A stretch of 64,000 nt of DNA. Source: a virus. Positions 1 through 9,866 of this stretch are shown here, in pieces. The notes under the pieces were generated by a model, which was not told the DNA's origin, made no database searches, and saw nothing but the letters and a program-made list of their open reading frames with translations. The position numbers and the translations under genes were made by a program. The DNA lies in IMG/VR virus record IMGVR_UViG_3300033388_005371, positions 7,025 through 71,024 of that record; one strand, given 5' to 3'. Every line of letters begins with the position of its first letter. Within the stretch, counting starts at the first letter, position 1.

Positions 1-2
1 AC

Positions 3-122
3 GGAAACCCAAACATTGTGGGTTCTGGTAGAATTCAAAACTTAGTTATTAACCAATACAACGATAATAATGGTTATACTGCCCCAGATACATCTGGTAA
101 CGTAGGTCAAGTTACAATATAA
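3..122 (+). CDS. 3' end of a gene truncated by the window edge
   Basis: Open frame GNPNIVGSGRIQNLVINQYNDNNGYTAPDTSGNVGQVTI* ending at TAA 120-122, 9 nt before the next ATG. Confidence 0.6.
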   Translation, partial: GNPNIVGSGRIQNLVINQYNDNNGYTAPDTSGNVGQVTI

Positions 123-131
123 AAATTTCTA

Positions 132-515
132 ATGAAGCTTTACAATCTATATAAAGAGCTTATAATGGAAAACACAGCACGTAACTCCATAATAGATGCT
201 ATCGATAACCATTATCGTGTATCAATCTATTACGAAGGTGATGATAATACTGCAGCTGGTAAGCGTACTATTGAGGTATACGCATATGGTACGTCCGTAA
301 GCGGTAATCAAGTGATAAGAGCTTACCAAGTCTTCGGTGACACGAAGACAGTAATACCACAATGGAAGTTATTTAGGGTTGATAGAATCTCTAGATGGGA
401 ACCACAAAATTTCAAGTTTTACGGTCCTATATCAGATAGAGACCCAAGTATTGGGAAATACAACCCGAATGGTGATAGAAGTATGGTAGGTTCCGTGTAT
501 AATGCAAAATTTTAA
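132..515 (+). CDS. Stand-alone WYL-domain protein
   Basis: VSIYY...KRTIEVYAYG...IRAYQ...WKLFRVDRI matches the WYL pattern (R-x-(I/V)-E...F-R-x-D-R-I). Confidence 0.75.
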   Translation: MKLYNLYKELIMENTARNSIIDAIDNHYRVSIYYEGDDNTAAGKRTIEVYAYGTSVSGNQVIRAYQVFGDTKTVIPQWKLFRVDRISRWEPQNFKFYGPISDRDPSIGKYNPNGDRSMVGSVYNAKF

Positions 516-526
516 AATAAAACAAT

Positions 527-1165
527 ATGAGTAATCAAAACCCATTACCACCAGCAGATTTAAGTAAACTTAAGAATATTCTTGGTAATGCTAAGGCTAT
601 CATGAGAAAAACAGAAGGTGGTAACTATGAGACTGGTAACGTTAGTTTAGATACTAGTGTTTCTGGAAATCAATTAGTTGAGGGTAATCAACAAACAGGA
701 CAACCCCAACAAATGAGTAACCCAACAAATAATCCAGCACCACAAATTGTTAATGGGCAAGCAAAATACAGGAACATGGAAACATCTAAGATGCCTTCTT
801 TTATTAAGGAAGCGATGCAGAATAACCCAATACCACAAATGAGTATGGCTGGTAATACTTTTTCATTAGAAGACATGGGTGACTTAGTTGACAAACCAAT
901 ACCAACACAAATGAAAAACCCTAAAAGACCAGCTCAAATTCAAGAGCAACGTCAAGCACCACAGGTACAACAAAATGTAAATGATTCATTTACTGTTAGT
1001 GAAACTGCATTAAGAGGAATCATTAAAGATGTGGTAAAGGATGAATTATTAGAATTCATGTCAGAAACTTTCACAAAGAAATTAACTGAACAAGCAATTA
1101 AAAGAACCATCAACACCCTAATAAAAGAAGGTAAGTTGAAAACTAAGAAACCAGTTAACGGTTAA
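527..1165 (+). CDS. Hypothetical protein, Q/N/P-rich, possibly virion-internal
   Basis: 212-aa ORF followed by a terminator. Confidence 0.6.
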   Translation: MSNQNPLPPADLSKLKNILGNAKAIMRKTEGGNYETGNVSLDTSVSGNQLVEGNQQTGQPQQMSNPTNNPAPQIVNGQAKYRNMETSKMPSFIKEAMQNNPIPQMSMAGNTFSLEDMGDLVDKPIPTQMKNPKRPAQIQEQRQAPQVQQNVNDSFTVSETALRGIIKDVVKDELLEFMSETFTKKLTEQAIKRTINTLIKEGKLKTKKPVNG

Positions 1166-1183
1166 TACTTAAACAATATTTTT

Positions 1184-1213
1184 AAAAAGCTCACATTTAT
1201 GTGAGCTTTTTTT
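1184..1213 (+). terminator. Rho-independent terminator
   Basis: aaaaagctcacat-tt-atgtgagcttttttt hairpin with a T-tract. Confidence 0.8.
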
Positions 1214-1262
1214 ATTTACAAATGAATTTTGTTTCATATCCTTAAAATAAAATACTTTCATT

Positions 1263-2525
1263 ATGAAAAATAATAAAATTAAAGTACTAGTGGTACCAAG
1301 CGATAGAACTGGTGTTAGTTTTTTTCGCTCTACTAAACCACATTTGTATTTAGAACAAATGTTTCCAGAAGAGTTTCACGTAGATATTGATTACTCACCA
1401 CAATTAGATAATGATGAATGGTTAAAACAATATGATGTTGTACATTACCACAGAACACTTGGGCCATACGAAAAGATGGGTCAATTAGTTGAGAGACTTG
1501 ATAATCTTGGGATTGTTAGTGTTATGGATTTGGATGACTACTGGGCACCAGGTACCCACCACCCAGCTCACCTAATCATTAAGAATAACGAATTAGATAA
1601 AAAGATTGTAAGTAACCTACAAGTTGCTAAAAACGTAACCACAACAACACCATTGTTTGCGGAAGAACTTAAAAAGTTAAATAAGAACGTACACGTATTA
1701 CCAAACGCAATTGACCCCAAAGAAAAACAATTCATACCTAATTTAGAAAAATCAGATAGGATTAGAATTGGCTGGCTTGGTGGTTCTTCACACTTGAAAG
1801 ATTTAGAAATATTAAAAGGATTAGTTAGTAAACTTAAAGCAGATAGATTAATCGATAAAGTTCAATTTGTTCTTTGTGGTTTCGACCTTAGAGGGCAAGT
1901 CACTATGATTGATAAAAACACGGGAAAACAAACCCAACGAAAGATTCAACCTAAAGAATCTGTTTGGTACAAGTACGAACAAATTTTTACAAATAATTAT
2001 GATATTGTTAGTCCAGAATATAAAGAACATTTATTAAGGTTTACTAAGGAAGAATTTTACGGAATTAAAAATGAACCATATAGAAGAGTTTGGACCAAAA
2101 ATATTAATAGTTATGCATCTAATTACAACTTATTTGATATTTCATTAGCACCACTTGAAGAAAATAAGTTTAACAAAATGAAAAGTCAGTTGAAGGTAAT
2201 TGAGGCTGGATTCCATAAAAAAGCGATTCTTGCCCAAGACTTTGGCCCTTATCAACTAGATTTAAAAAGTGCATACGAAAAACCAACTAGTAAGAAGGAA
2301 CAACCTAAATTTAATGAAGATGCGAATTCATATTTAATTAAGTCTGAAAAAAATCATAAAGATTGGTATAAACATTTAAAAACCCTAATTAAAGAACCAA
2401 AAAAAATTAAATTATTAGCAAATAACCTTAATAAGACTGTTAAAAACACTTATTCGTTAAAAACAACTACAGAAAATAGGAGAAAATATTATCTAGACCT
2501 TGTGAGTGGCATTAAAAAACCATAA
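1263..2525 (+). CDS. Glycosyltransferase, GT-B fold (GT4-like)
   Basis: DLDDYW, VLPNAID, RIGWLGGSSHLKDL, FDISLAPLEENKFNKMKSQLKVIEAG. Confidence 0.8.
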   Translation: MKNNKIKVLVVPSDRTGVSFFRSTKPHLYLEQMFPEEFHVDIDYSPQLDNDEWLKQYDVVHYHRTLGPYEKMGQLVERLDNLGIVSVMDLDDYWAPGTHHPAHLIIKNNELDKKIVSNLQVAKNVTTTTPLFAEELKKLNKNVHVLPNAIDPKEKQFIPNLEKSDRIRIGWLGGSSHLKDLEILKGLVSKLKADRLIDKVQFVLCGFDLRGQVTMIDKNTGKQTQRKIQPKESVWYKYEQIFTNNYDIVSPEYKEHLLRFTKEEFYGIKNEPYRRVWTKNINSYASNYNLFDISLAPLEENKFNKMKSQLKVIEAGFHKKAILAQDFGPYQLDLKSAYEKPTSKKEQPKFNEDANSYLIKSEKNHKDWYKHLKTLIKEPKKIKLLANNLNKTVKNTYSLKTTTENRRKYYLDLVSGIKKP

Positions 2526-2537
2526 CTTTGTAAAGTA

Positions 2538-2591
2538 TTTTAAATGGTATACCTATAAAAACAAATAATTTTATAGGTATACCATTTAAAA
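2538..2591. repeat. Perfect 23-bp inverted repeat with an 8-nt loop
   Basis: ttttaaatggtatacctataaaa / ttttataggtataccatttaaaa; each arm contains the palindrome GGTATACC. Confidence 0.9.
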
Positions 2592-2626
2592 AACAAATAA
2601 AAATAACAAAGACTTAATTTTTTTTT

Positions 2627-3187
2627 ATGTCTATTACGAGAGAAGAAACTGTTAAAAACGCTAAAAAATATTTTGAAAGTGGTGAAAAGTATGGGTTCAT
2701 GACTTTAGCACTACAAGATAGGTTAGGCGCAAAATTTATTGGTGCACCCGCATCAACTAGAACTGATTTATTTAACGCATATGAAGGTGGATTAATTAAA
2801 CATCTATTAACTATTACTAAATACGCCGTAAAATTAAAAGATATAACACCTAACGGTGATAAAATCGATATGAAATCTTTAATAAAAGTGTGTTGTCTAC
2901 ATCAAATTGGTAAAACAAACCTTTATGTTCCTAATGATTCAAAATGGCACAATGATAGAGGTATGATGTATGAGTTTAACGATTCATTGGTATCTATGCA
3001 AGTTGGTGAACGTTCTGCACACATGGCTATGTGTTGTGGTGTTGAATTATCTGAAGATGAATTTCAAGCAATTGTTAATCATGATAAAACCGATGATGAT
3101 AAACAAGCTAAGTGGCATTCAAATACACTTGCAGTTATCTTAAGGCAAGCTAATGAGCTTGCAATAATGGAAGAAAAAGGTAAGTGA
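2627..3187 (+). CDS. HD-superfamily (YhaM-like) protein with HQ in place of HD
   Basis: APAS...NAYEGGLIKH...LHQIGK...AIVNHD...LRQANELA follows the HD-hydrolase layout. Confidence 0.6.
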   Translation: MSITREETVKNAKKYFESGEKYGFMTLALQDRLGAKFIGAPASTRTDLFNAYEGGLIKHLLTITKYAVKLKDITPNGDKIDMKSLIKVCCLHQIGKTNLYVPNDSKWHNDRGMMYEFNDSLVSMQVGERSAHMAMCCGVELSEDEFQAIVNHDKTDDDKQAKWHSNTLAVILRQANELAIMEEKGK

Positions 3188-3188
3188 T

Positions 3189-3785
3189 ATGGTTAGAACA
3201 AATAATGATAGTCTAATGTCACAGATGAAAAACAAATTAGCAGAGGCACTAGACCCGACTAATAAATATACTCATGAGGAATTTATTAAAGAATATGGTG
3301 AAAAAGATTTTATGGTTTCTAACCCAGACCATATGAAAATAGAATTCAAGTTTGTTAATAACTCAAACAACCAAGACCCAGAATACGCCACTAATGGTTC
3401 ATCTGGTTTTGACTTGAGAGCAAACTTAAAAGAATCGGTAACACTTGGGATTGGTGAAAGAGCCTTAATTCCAACAGGGTTACATTTTCAAATCCCACCA
3501 AATTTCGAAATACAAGTTAGACCAAGAAGTGGATTAGCATTAAAGAAAGGTATATCAGTGTTAAATTCACCTGGTACTGTTGATGCTGATTATCGTGGTG
3601 ATGTTGGTGTGATATTAATTAATCATGGTCAAGAAGAATTTGTAGTTAAGCACGGTGAAAGGATAGCTCAAGCGGTAATCGCAACAGTTATGTCTAAAAC
3701 CATAGTTAACTTAAACAAAGTAGAGTCTATCGATAATAACACCGAGCGTGGTTCTGGTGGCTTTGGACATACTGGTACAAAATAA
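3189..3785 (+). CDS. dut: Trimeric dUTPase
   Basis: SSGFDL, RPRSGLA, NSPGTVDADYRG, RIAQ, RGSGGFGHTG. Confidence 0.95.
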   Translation: MVRTNNDSLMSQMKNKLAEALDPTNKYTHEEFIKEYGEKDFMVSNPDHMKIEFKFVNNSNNQDPEYATNGSSGFDLRANLKESVTLGIGERALIPTGLHFQIPPNFEIQVRPRSGLALKKGISVLNSPGTVDADYRGDVGVILINHGQEEFVVKHGERIAQAVIATVMSKTIVNLNKVESIDNNTERGSGGFGHTGTK

Positions 3786-3794
3786 TTAAAATAT

Positions 3795-4823
3795 ATGAAA
3801 GATATTAAATTTGATTTTAATGATGTGTTGATTCAACCAGCACAGATTACTGATATTTCATCAAGAAGTGAAATAAACCCATTCGATGCGTTTGGGTTTT
3901 TGCCGTTAATAACGGCACCAATGGATACTGTAATAAATGCTGAGAACCAACAAGTGTTTTTTGATAATAATATCATCCCTTGTCAACCAAGAGGTATTGA
4001 ATCTGGACACCAAGGTTTCACATCTTATTCTCTAGTTCAATTCAAAGAGAAGTTTATTGACCAAGATGGTGTTGAACTTACATCAAAAATTCTAATTGAT
4101 ATGGCTAATGGTCATATGAAGGAATTAATTGAGGTAACTAAGGAAGCTAAAGAGATTTATCCAGATATGGTTCTAATGGTAGGTAATGTCGCTCACCCAA
4201 GAACATATCTAGAATTATCAAATGCTGGTGCTGACTATGTTAGAGTTGGAATTGGTAATGGTGGTGGATGTCTAACAACACAACAATTGGGTGTCGGATA
4301 CCCAATGGGTTCATTAATTAGAGATTGTTTCCACATGAGTCTAGCTTTGGATGAGCCAGCTAAAATTGTTGCTGATGGTGGGATGAAAGATTATTCAGAT
4401 ATCATTAAAGCATTAGCATTAGGGGCTGATTATGTGATGGTTGGAAGTATCTTCAATAAAGCACTAGAGAGTGCTTCACCTTGTTTGAAACCTAACACTA
4501 AATTAGCTGGTGGTAAGTGGGCTAAAATTGATTTAGAGGCAGCACAATTGAGATTGAATGCGGGTCAAAAGGTTCACAAAATGTTTAGAGGTATGTCAAC
4601 TAAAGAAGTTCAAAAAGAATGGGGTGTTGAGAAACTTAAAACATCTGAGGGTATCGTTAAGTACCAAGAAGTTGAATACACTATTGATGGTTGGGTTGAA
4701 AACTTCGAATCTTACTTACGTTCAGCTATGAGTTATACTAACTCTAGGGAACTTAAAGCGTTTTGTGGTGGTGTTAAAATGATTCGAATAACTGATAACG
4801 CCTTAAATAGGTTTAAAAAGTGA
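3795..4823 (+). CDS. GMP reductase / IMP dehydrogenase family (no CBS domain)
   Basis: FNDVLIQP, TAPMDTV, IDMANGH, RVGIGNGGGCLT (catalytic Cys), IVADGG, FRGMS, RSAMSY. Confidence 0.85.
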   Translation: MKDIKFDFNDVLIQPAQITDISSRSEINPFDAFGFLPLITAPMDTVINAENQQVFFDNNIIPCQPRGIESGHQGFTSYSLVQFKEKFIDQDGVELTSKILIDMANGHMKELIEVTKEAKEIYPDMVLMVGNVAHPRTYLELSNAGADYVRVGIGNGGGCLTTQQLGVGYPMGSLIRDCFHMSLALDEPAKIVADGGMKDYSDIIKALALGADYVMVGSIFNKALESASPCLKPNTKLAGGKWAKIDLEAAQLRLNAGQKVHKMFRGMSTKEVQKEWGVEKLKTSEGIVKYQEVEYTIDGWVENFESYLRSAMSYTNSRELKAFCGGVKMIRITDNALNRFKK

Positions 4824-4978
4824 TATTAAAAACCAAAAAAGAAATAAAAAGTAGAATTAACCAACTAAATACTGAAATAAGTATGAGTAATTATTATGAT
4901 GGTTGGACCCTTAAAGGGTTGAAAAAAGAATTAACTATCTTGAAAGACAGACTTGATAGAATTAGAAAACGAAAATAA
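4820..4978 (+). CDS. Small hypothetical protein (52 aa, not in the ORF track)
   Basis: GTG start overlapping the upstream TGA; MILKTKKEIKSRINQLNTEISMSNYYDGWTLKGLKKEL...; fills the gap exactly. Confidence 0.5.
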   Translation: MILKTKKEIKSRINQLNTEISMSNYYDGWTLKGLKKELTILKDRLDRIRKRK

Positions 4979-4980
4979 AA

Positions 4981-6633
4981 ATGTTAACAGTTGTATATTG
5001 CACAAAAGAAAGTAAACCAGAACACAAAGAACACTTAATTAAGTCCTCTGGTTTACATAAACACATTGAGGTAATCGAAATCATAAATAAAGGTGAATCA
5101 CTAACTAAATGTTATAATCGTGGCTTAAAACAAGCTAAAAACGATATTATAGTATTTTGTCACGATGATATAATTATTGAAACCAAACAATGGGGTAAGA
5201 AACTAATGAAACAATTTGATACTAATGAACAGATTGGTATTATAGGTGTTGCTGGTTCTAAATTCATGAACACCACTGGTAGATGGTGGGATGACAGAAA
5301 GACAATGTATGGTCGTGTTAAACACACACATAATGGTAAATCGTGGTTATCCGCATATAGTCCAGACCAAGGGAATAACCTAGAACCAGTTTTAAACGTT
5401 GATGGTGTGTGGTTTGCTGTACATAAAGAAAGAATCAAAGAAGAATTTGATGAATCTGTTGAAGGTTTCCACTTTTATGATGTTGATTTTTCATTTTCAA
5501 ATCACTTAGCTGGTTGTGGTGTAGCTGTAACAACAAAGATTAGGGTTAATCACATGTCAATTGGTGAAACAAATGATGAGTGGGAAGCAAATAGAGTTAT
5601 CTTTTCTGAAAAACATAAAGAACGGTTACCACTTAAAATAAATCAAACTTTTGAAAATAGACGATTAAAAATTTTATTATGTTGCCTTAGTTTTAAAAAA
5701 TTAACTGGCTCAGAATTATCAACATTTGAATTAGCAAAAAATCTAATTGAAAAAGGTTGTGATGTTTCAATCTATTCCAATATAGGTGGTCAACTATCAA
5801 TTGAGGCCAAAAAATTAGGTATTAAGTTATATGATATAAACAACCCACCATCATATCGTTTAGGTGATGGTGTCTGGACGTTAAAATCAAATAAAGGTGA
5901 TATTATAAAATCAGAACCAAATAAATTTTATAAAATAAATAACATTGAGTTTGATGTGATACAATGTAATCACAAACCAATTACTCAGAGGATGTTAAAT
6001 TTATACCCAAATAGTAAGTTTGTTAACATTGTTAGGTCAAGATTATTAGAATTAGAAGACCCTATTATTGATGATAGGATTACTGATTATATCGCAATCA
6101 ATGAGTTAGTTAAAAATCATTTAATTAATGAATTTAGTATACCTGAGAAAAAAATTAAATTAATTTACAACATTGTTGATGTTAAAGACACTAACATGAA
6201 TAATTTCATTAAACCAGAAAAAAAATTATTCGTATTCCCAGGTACAATGAATTATTTAAGGAAAAAACCAGTCCATGATGCTGTTGAATATACAAAAGAT
6301 AAGGGTGAATTATGGTTAATTGGTGACGACAATGATTTTGGTTACGCTAAAAAGTTATCTGAAGAAAACGAACACGTAAAATATATTAGTACCACTAAAG
6401 ATATGGGTTCGATATATACAATATGTGATACTGTGTTAGGTTTACATTTAGGTAGAACATTAATTGAGGGGTTAGTTAGTGGTAAAGAATGTATTGGATA
6501 TGATGTTGATAAGGTTGGTAATATACTTAATCGTGAGGATATCACAAAAATGTATGATATTAATTTATTTTCAAAAGAACAAATAATTAATAGTTATATT
6601 GATTTATATATTGACCACTATAATAGATATTAA
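4981..6633 (+). CDS. Two-domain glycosyltransferase (GT-A/GT2-like N-terminus, GT-B/GT4-like C-terminus)
   Basis: YNRGL...VFCHDD...GIIGVAG...GFHFYDVD, then LKILL...TGSELSTFELAKNL...GRTLIEGL. Confidence 0.8.
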   Translation: MLTVVYCTKESKPEHKEHLIKSSGLHKHIEVIEIINKGESLTKCYNRGLKQAKNDIIVFCHDDIIIETKQWGKKLMKQFDTNEQIGIIGVAGSKFMNTTGRWWDDRKTMYGRVKHTHNGKSWLSAYSPDQGNNLEPVLNVDGVWFAVHKERIKEEFDESVEGFHFYDVDFSFSNHLAGCGVAVTTKIRVNHMSIGETNDEWEANRVIFSEKHKERLPLKINQTFENRRLKILLCCLSFKKLTGSELSTFELAKNLIEKGCDVSIYSNIGGQLSIEAKKLGIKLYDINNPPSYRLGDGVWTLKSNKGDIIKSEPNKFYKINNIEFDVIQCNHKPITQRMLNLYPNSKFVNIVRSRLLELEDPIIDDRITDYIAINELVKNHLINEFSIPEKKIKLIYNIVDVKDTNMNNFIKPEKKLFVFPGTMNYLRKKPVHDAVEYTKDKGELWLIGDDNDFGYAKKLSEENEHVKYISTTKDMGSIYTICDTVLGLHLGRTLIEGLVSGKECIGYDVDKVGNILNREDITKMYDINLFSKEQIINSYIDLYIDHYNRY

Positions 6634-6707
6634 TTTTTCTTTAATATTTTTATATTTATATATAAGATATATTAAATTATTGATACAAAATTAAATAATT
6701 ACAAAGT

Positions 6708-7316
6708 ATGTGTGTAAATAAATTTTCAAAAACGATAAAAATTGGTGACAATGTTAAAATTGGTGACAATGTTAAAATTGGTGATTACTGTATTATTGGA
6801 GATAATGTGGTGATTAGTAATGGTGTTATGATTGAACCGTTCACAATTATTGAAAGTGGTGTTAAATTAAATGATAACACTAAAATTGGTTCACACACAA
6901 TACTACATAAAAACTCAATTTTTGGTGAAAACACTATAATAGGACCATATTGTGAAATTGGTGCAGATTTATTAGTTGGGTCAAATTGTATCATACAGGG
7001 TAGAAACAGAACAGCCAATGAGTGCACTATTGAGGATAATGTAACCATTAAATACGGAACAATATTAACATCAAAAGTCTTATTAAAAAAGAATTCTTTT
7101 TTGGGACCAAACGTTATAACTTTAGGGTCAACACATGAACGTATAACCAAACACGGTACCACTATAGGTGAAGATTGTTTTATTGGTGCTGGTACAATAA
7201 TAAATAGTCAAACTATAATCGGGGACAATGTAGTAACTGGGGCACATAGTTACGTAAATAAGGATATTAAAGATTCTGGAATATATGTTGGTACACCTAT
7301 AAAAAAAATTAAATAA
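6708..7316 (+). CDS. Left-handed beta-helix (hexapeptide) acyltransferase
   Basis: Repeated (V/I)xIGxx hexapeptides, IGEDCFIGAG, YVGTP. Confidence 0.85.
   Translation: MCVNKFSKTIKIGDNVKIGDNVKIGDYCIIGDNVVISNGVMIEPFTIIESGVKLNDNTKIGSHTILHKNSIFGENTIIGPYCEIGADLLVGSNCIIQGRNRTANECTIEDNVTIKYGTILTSKVLLKKNSFLGPNVITLGSTHERITKHGTTIGEDCFIGAGTIINSQTIIGDNVVTGAHSYVNKDIKDSGIYVGTPIKKIK
6736..6784 (+). repeat. 18-bp tandem repeat encoding KIGDNV
   Basis: taaaattggtgacaatgt about 2.7 copies. Confidence 0.8.
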
Positions 7317-7318
7317 TT

Positions 7319-7822
7319 ATGTGGATAATAGATGATAAAAATAATAAAATACATGAGACCGCAATAATATGTGATAACGTAACATTAGGGTCTAATAATA
7401 TAATCTACCCATACTGTGTTATTGGCATGCTTGGATTCATAAGAGGTAAAGATGAAGGTACTGGTGAAATAATTATTGGTGATAATAATAAACTTGGTAA
7501 TCATGTCATAATTATGTCTAGTTTTGAAGGTAAGACTATAATCGGTAATGATAATTTAATTATGAATTATGTAAATATTGGTCACGATGTCATTATTGGT
7601 AGTAATAATGAAGTAGGTCCTAGAAGTATTCTTGCTGGATGGTCATCTATTGGTGATAATAATAAATTAAAAATAGCGGTTAATGTCAGAAATAGGGTTA
7701 AAATTGGTAATACCAATATTATCGGTATGTCATCCAATGTTGTTTCTAACATAGATAGTGACACACTATCATACGGTAACCCATGTAAGTTTGTAAAACC
7801 TTTGATTGATGGAAGATATTAA
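7319..7822 (+). CDS. Hexapeptide acyltransferase (LpxA/PglD-like)
   Basis: IHETAII, VNIGHDVIIG (conserved His), YGNPC. Confidence 0.85.
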   Translation: MWIIDDKNNKIHETAIICDNVTLGSNNIIYPYCVIGMLGFIRGKDEGTGEIIIGDNNKLGNHVIIMSSFEGKTIIGNDNLIMNYVNIGHDVIIGSNNEVGPRSILAGWSSIGDNNKLKIAVNVRNRVKIGNTNIIGMSSNVVSNIDSDTLSYGNPCKFVKPLIDGRY

Positions 7823-8816
7823 AGTAAACCCATTAATCGCAACAGTGATATGGGGTAGATTTGATTTATTTAAAATATTCGTTAAACATTATCAACAATT
7901 TGGATTTGACATTCTAGTTATAGGTAGTGAAGGTAAATCTAGTAGGGATTTATGTGAAAATCTAGGTTGTATATATATCGAACACCCAAACACCCCACTA
8001 ACAAAAAAATTCAACAAAAGGGTTGAGTATTTTATGAAACACAAAGAATACACACATCTTTTTATGGTTGGAAGTGATGATTTTCTTGACAAAAAAGGTA
8101 TGGAATTACTTTTAAGACACAGTAAAACATACGATATCGTTCAATGGAATGACATTTACTATTATAACATGGTAACTAACGAAACTATATACTCCTACGG
8201 TTACAAAGGGACAAGACGTAATGGTGAACCCTTAGCACCAGGTCGATGTATTAGCAGGAAAGTAATTGAAAAATTAAATGGTTCATTATGGGGTGTTAAC
8301 ACTAATTCATCTCCAGACTCTAAATTATGGGCCAACTTAAAAAAGAACAACAATAGTATAACATTATCATGTAGGGATAATTCAGTAATATTAGTTGATG
8401 TTAAAACACCTAAAAATAAAAACTCTTTCGATAAAATCATAACTTACGGTATTAAAGCTGGTGTTGATGGTGAAACTAATATGGATATTGTTGACATGTT
8501 AAATGAAGCCAAACTAAAATTAGACCCGTTGAGTAACTTAATTGATAGGAATAAGGTAAGGTCTAAAATTTTAAAAAAAATAGACAATACAAATTATAAT
8601 CAACCTAAAAATATTAAGGAAAAACGAAAAATAGAAAAGGAAAGTAAATTAATCGAACAGAGAAAGAAAACATTAGCTAAAAATAAAAGTAGGAAACCTA
8701 AACACACTAAAGTTAAAAGTAATAATATTGATTTAAAGAAAAAGTTTACCAGTGAGGTACAACAACTTAAAAAAAAAAAGACTCTAACAAACGGGAGACA
8801 AAGACCGATAAGATAA
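7806..8816 (+). CDS. GT-A-like glycosyltransferase with a Lys-rich tail
   Basis: TVIWGR, VIGSEG, NTPLTKKFN, MVGSDDFL, GRCISR. Confidence 0.6.
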   Translation: MMEDIKVNPLIATVIWGRFDLFKIFVKHYQQFGFDILVIGSEGKSSRDLCENLGCIYIEHPNTPLTKKFNKRVEYFMKHKEYTHLFMVGSDDFLDKKGMELLLRHSKTYDIVQWNDIYYYNMVTNETIYSYGYKGTRRNGEPLAPGRCISRKVIEKLNGSLWGVNTNSSPDSKLWANLKKNNNSITLSCRDNSVILVDVKTPKNKNSFDKIITYGIKAGVDGETNMDIVDMLNEAKLKLDPLSNLIDRNKVRSKILKKIDNTNYNQPKNIKEKRKIEKESKLIEQRKKTLAKNKSRKPKHTKVKSNNIDLKKKFTSEVQQLKKKKTLTNGRQRPIR

Positions 8817-8868
8817 TTAGAGATATTAATAATTCACCAAGTAGTATACAAATAAATAAACGATAATC

Positions 8869-8897
8869 TTGCCTATACTTAAAATTTTACATATATT
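8869..8897 (+). promoter_or_regulatory. Sigma70-type (-35/-10) promoter candidate
   Basis: TTGCCT-N17-TATATT, 6 nt before ATG 8904. Confidence 0.45.
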
Positions 8898-8903
8898 AGA
8901 CAT

Positions 8904-9866
8904 ATGAGGTTAGTAAAATGGGTAAAAAATAAAATGGTTGATGTAGCCTTAGCTATGTCTAAGGTTGAGGAAGATACATTATCACAAGGGGGGCTTAATG
9001 TTGAAGGTGGTATTGGTTCTTATCAAAGGGTAAATCAAGGTCGATTATCAGATTCATTACAAAGAGGTGAAATCACCCAAGAGGTAAAGGAACTTAGGTG
9101 GAGAATGTATAAGATAATGAAAGCAACCGATGGTGTTACAGCAACAATTAATGGTTACGATGAATACGGTATGCCAATTGTTGAGGTCAAAGAGAAATCA
9201 AAGAAAAGATACCTTAAAAACATTAAGGTTGATGCTGAGGATTCATACAAACCAATTATGGTTGTTGATAATTCTGAGGTTACTTTGGGTGTGTTCTTGG
9301 AAAATGTTGAGGAACTACCACCAGAAGAGATTGCAAAGACAATTGAAATCACTAGGAACGAAGCTACAGGTAAAGATGAAGGTCGAGCTAGTATTGGTAA
9401 GATATCAAGTAAAACATTAGATTCCAGTAATAAATCGGATAGACCAATTAAGATTATTAGGGATATTAGAACTAAATTTAATATTGAGGATTACACAAAT
9501 AAAATGGTTGTAAGGGAAATTGGTGAGACTGAAAGACTCTTAGAGTTTTATGTGTCAATATATCCAGATGAATATAATAAGAAATCAAGATTTTTTTTAA
9601 GTGAATTAAAAAGAGCCACTAAAAACCCAAGAGCTTGTAACTCGTTAGACATTAATGGTGTTAATTATATCACCTCAAATACTATGGGTGCTAGTGATTA
9701 TGAGTTATACGAATATGGAATCAGTGGTATACATAAGATTGTTGAATTCGATGGTCACTACGTGATTAAGTTTAAAGCTAATGTTACAACCAACGGTGAG
9801 AATATCATCGATAAATTCCGTGAGTTAGAATTAGATAAACGTTACGAGAATAAGGAAGTGAAGTAA
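8904..9866 (+). CDS. Hypothetical protein
   Basis: 320-aa ORF, translationally coupled to the next gene (TAATG). Confidence 0.65.
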   Translation: MRLVKWVKNKMVDVALAMSKVEEDTLSQGGLNVEGGIGSYQRVNQGRLSDSLQRGEITQEVKELRWRMYKIMKATDGVTATINGYDEYGMPIVEVKEKSKKRYLKNIKVDAEDSYKPIMVVDNSEVTLGVFLENVEELPPEEIAKTIEITRNEATGKDEGRASIGKISSKTLDSSNKSDRPIKIIRDIRTKFNIEDYTNKMVVREIGETERLLEFYVSIYPDEYNKKSRFFLSELKRATKNPRACNSLDINGVNYITSNTMGASDYELYEYGISGIHKIVEFDGHYVIKFKANVTTNGENIIDKFRELELDKRYENKEVK

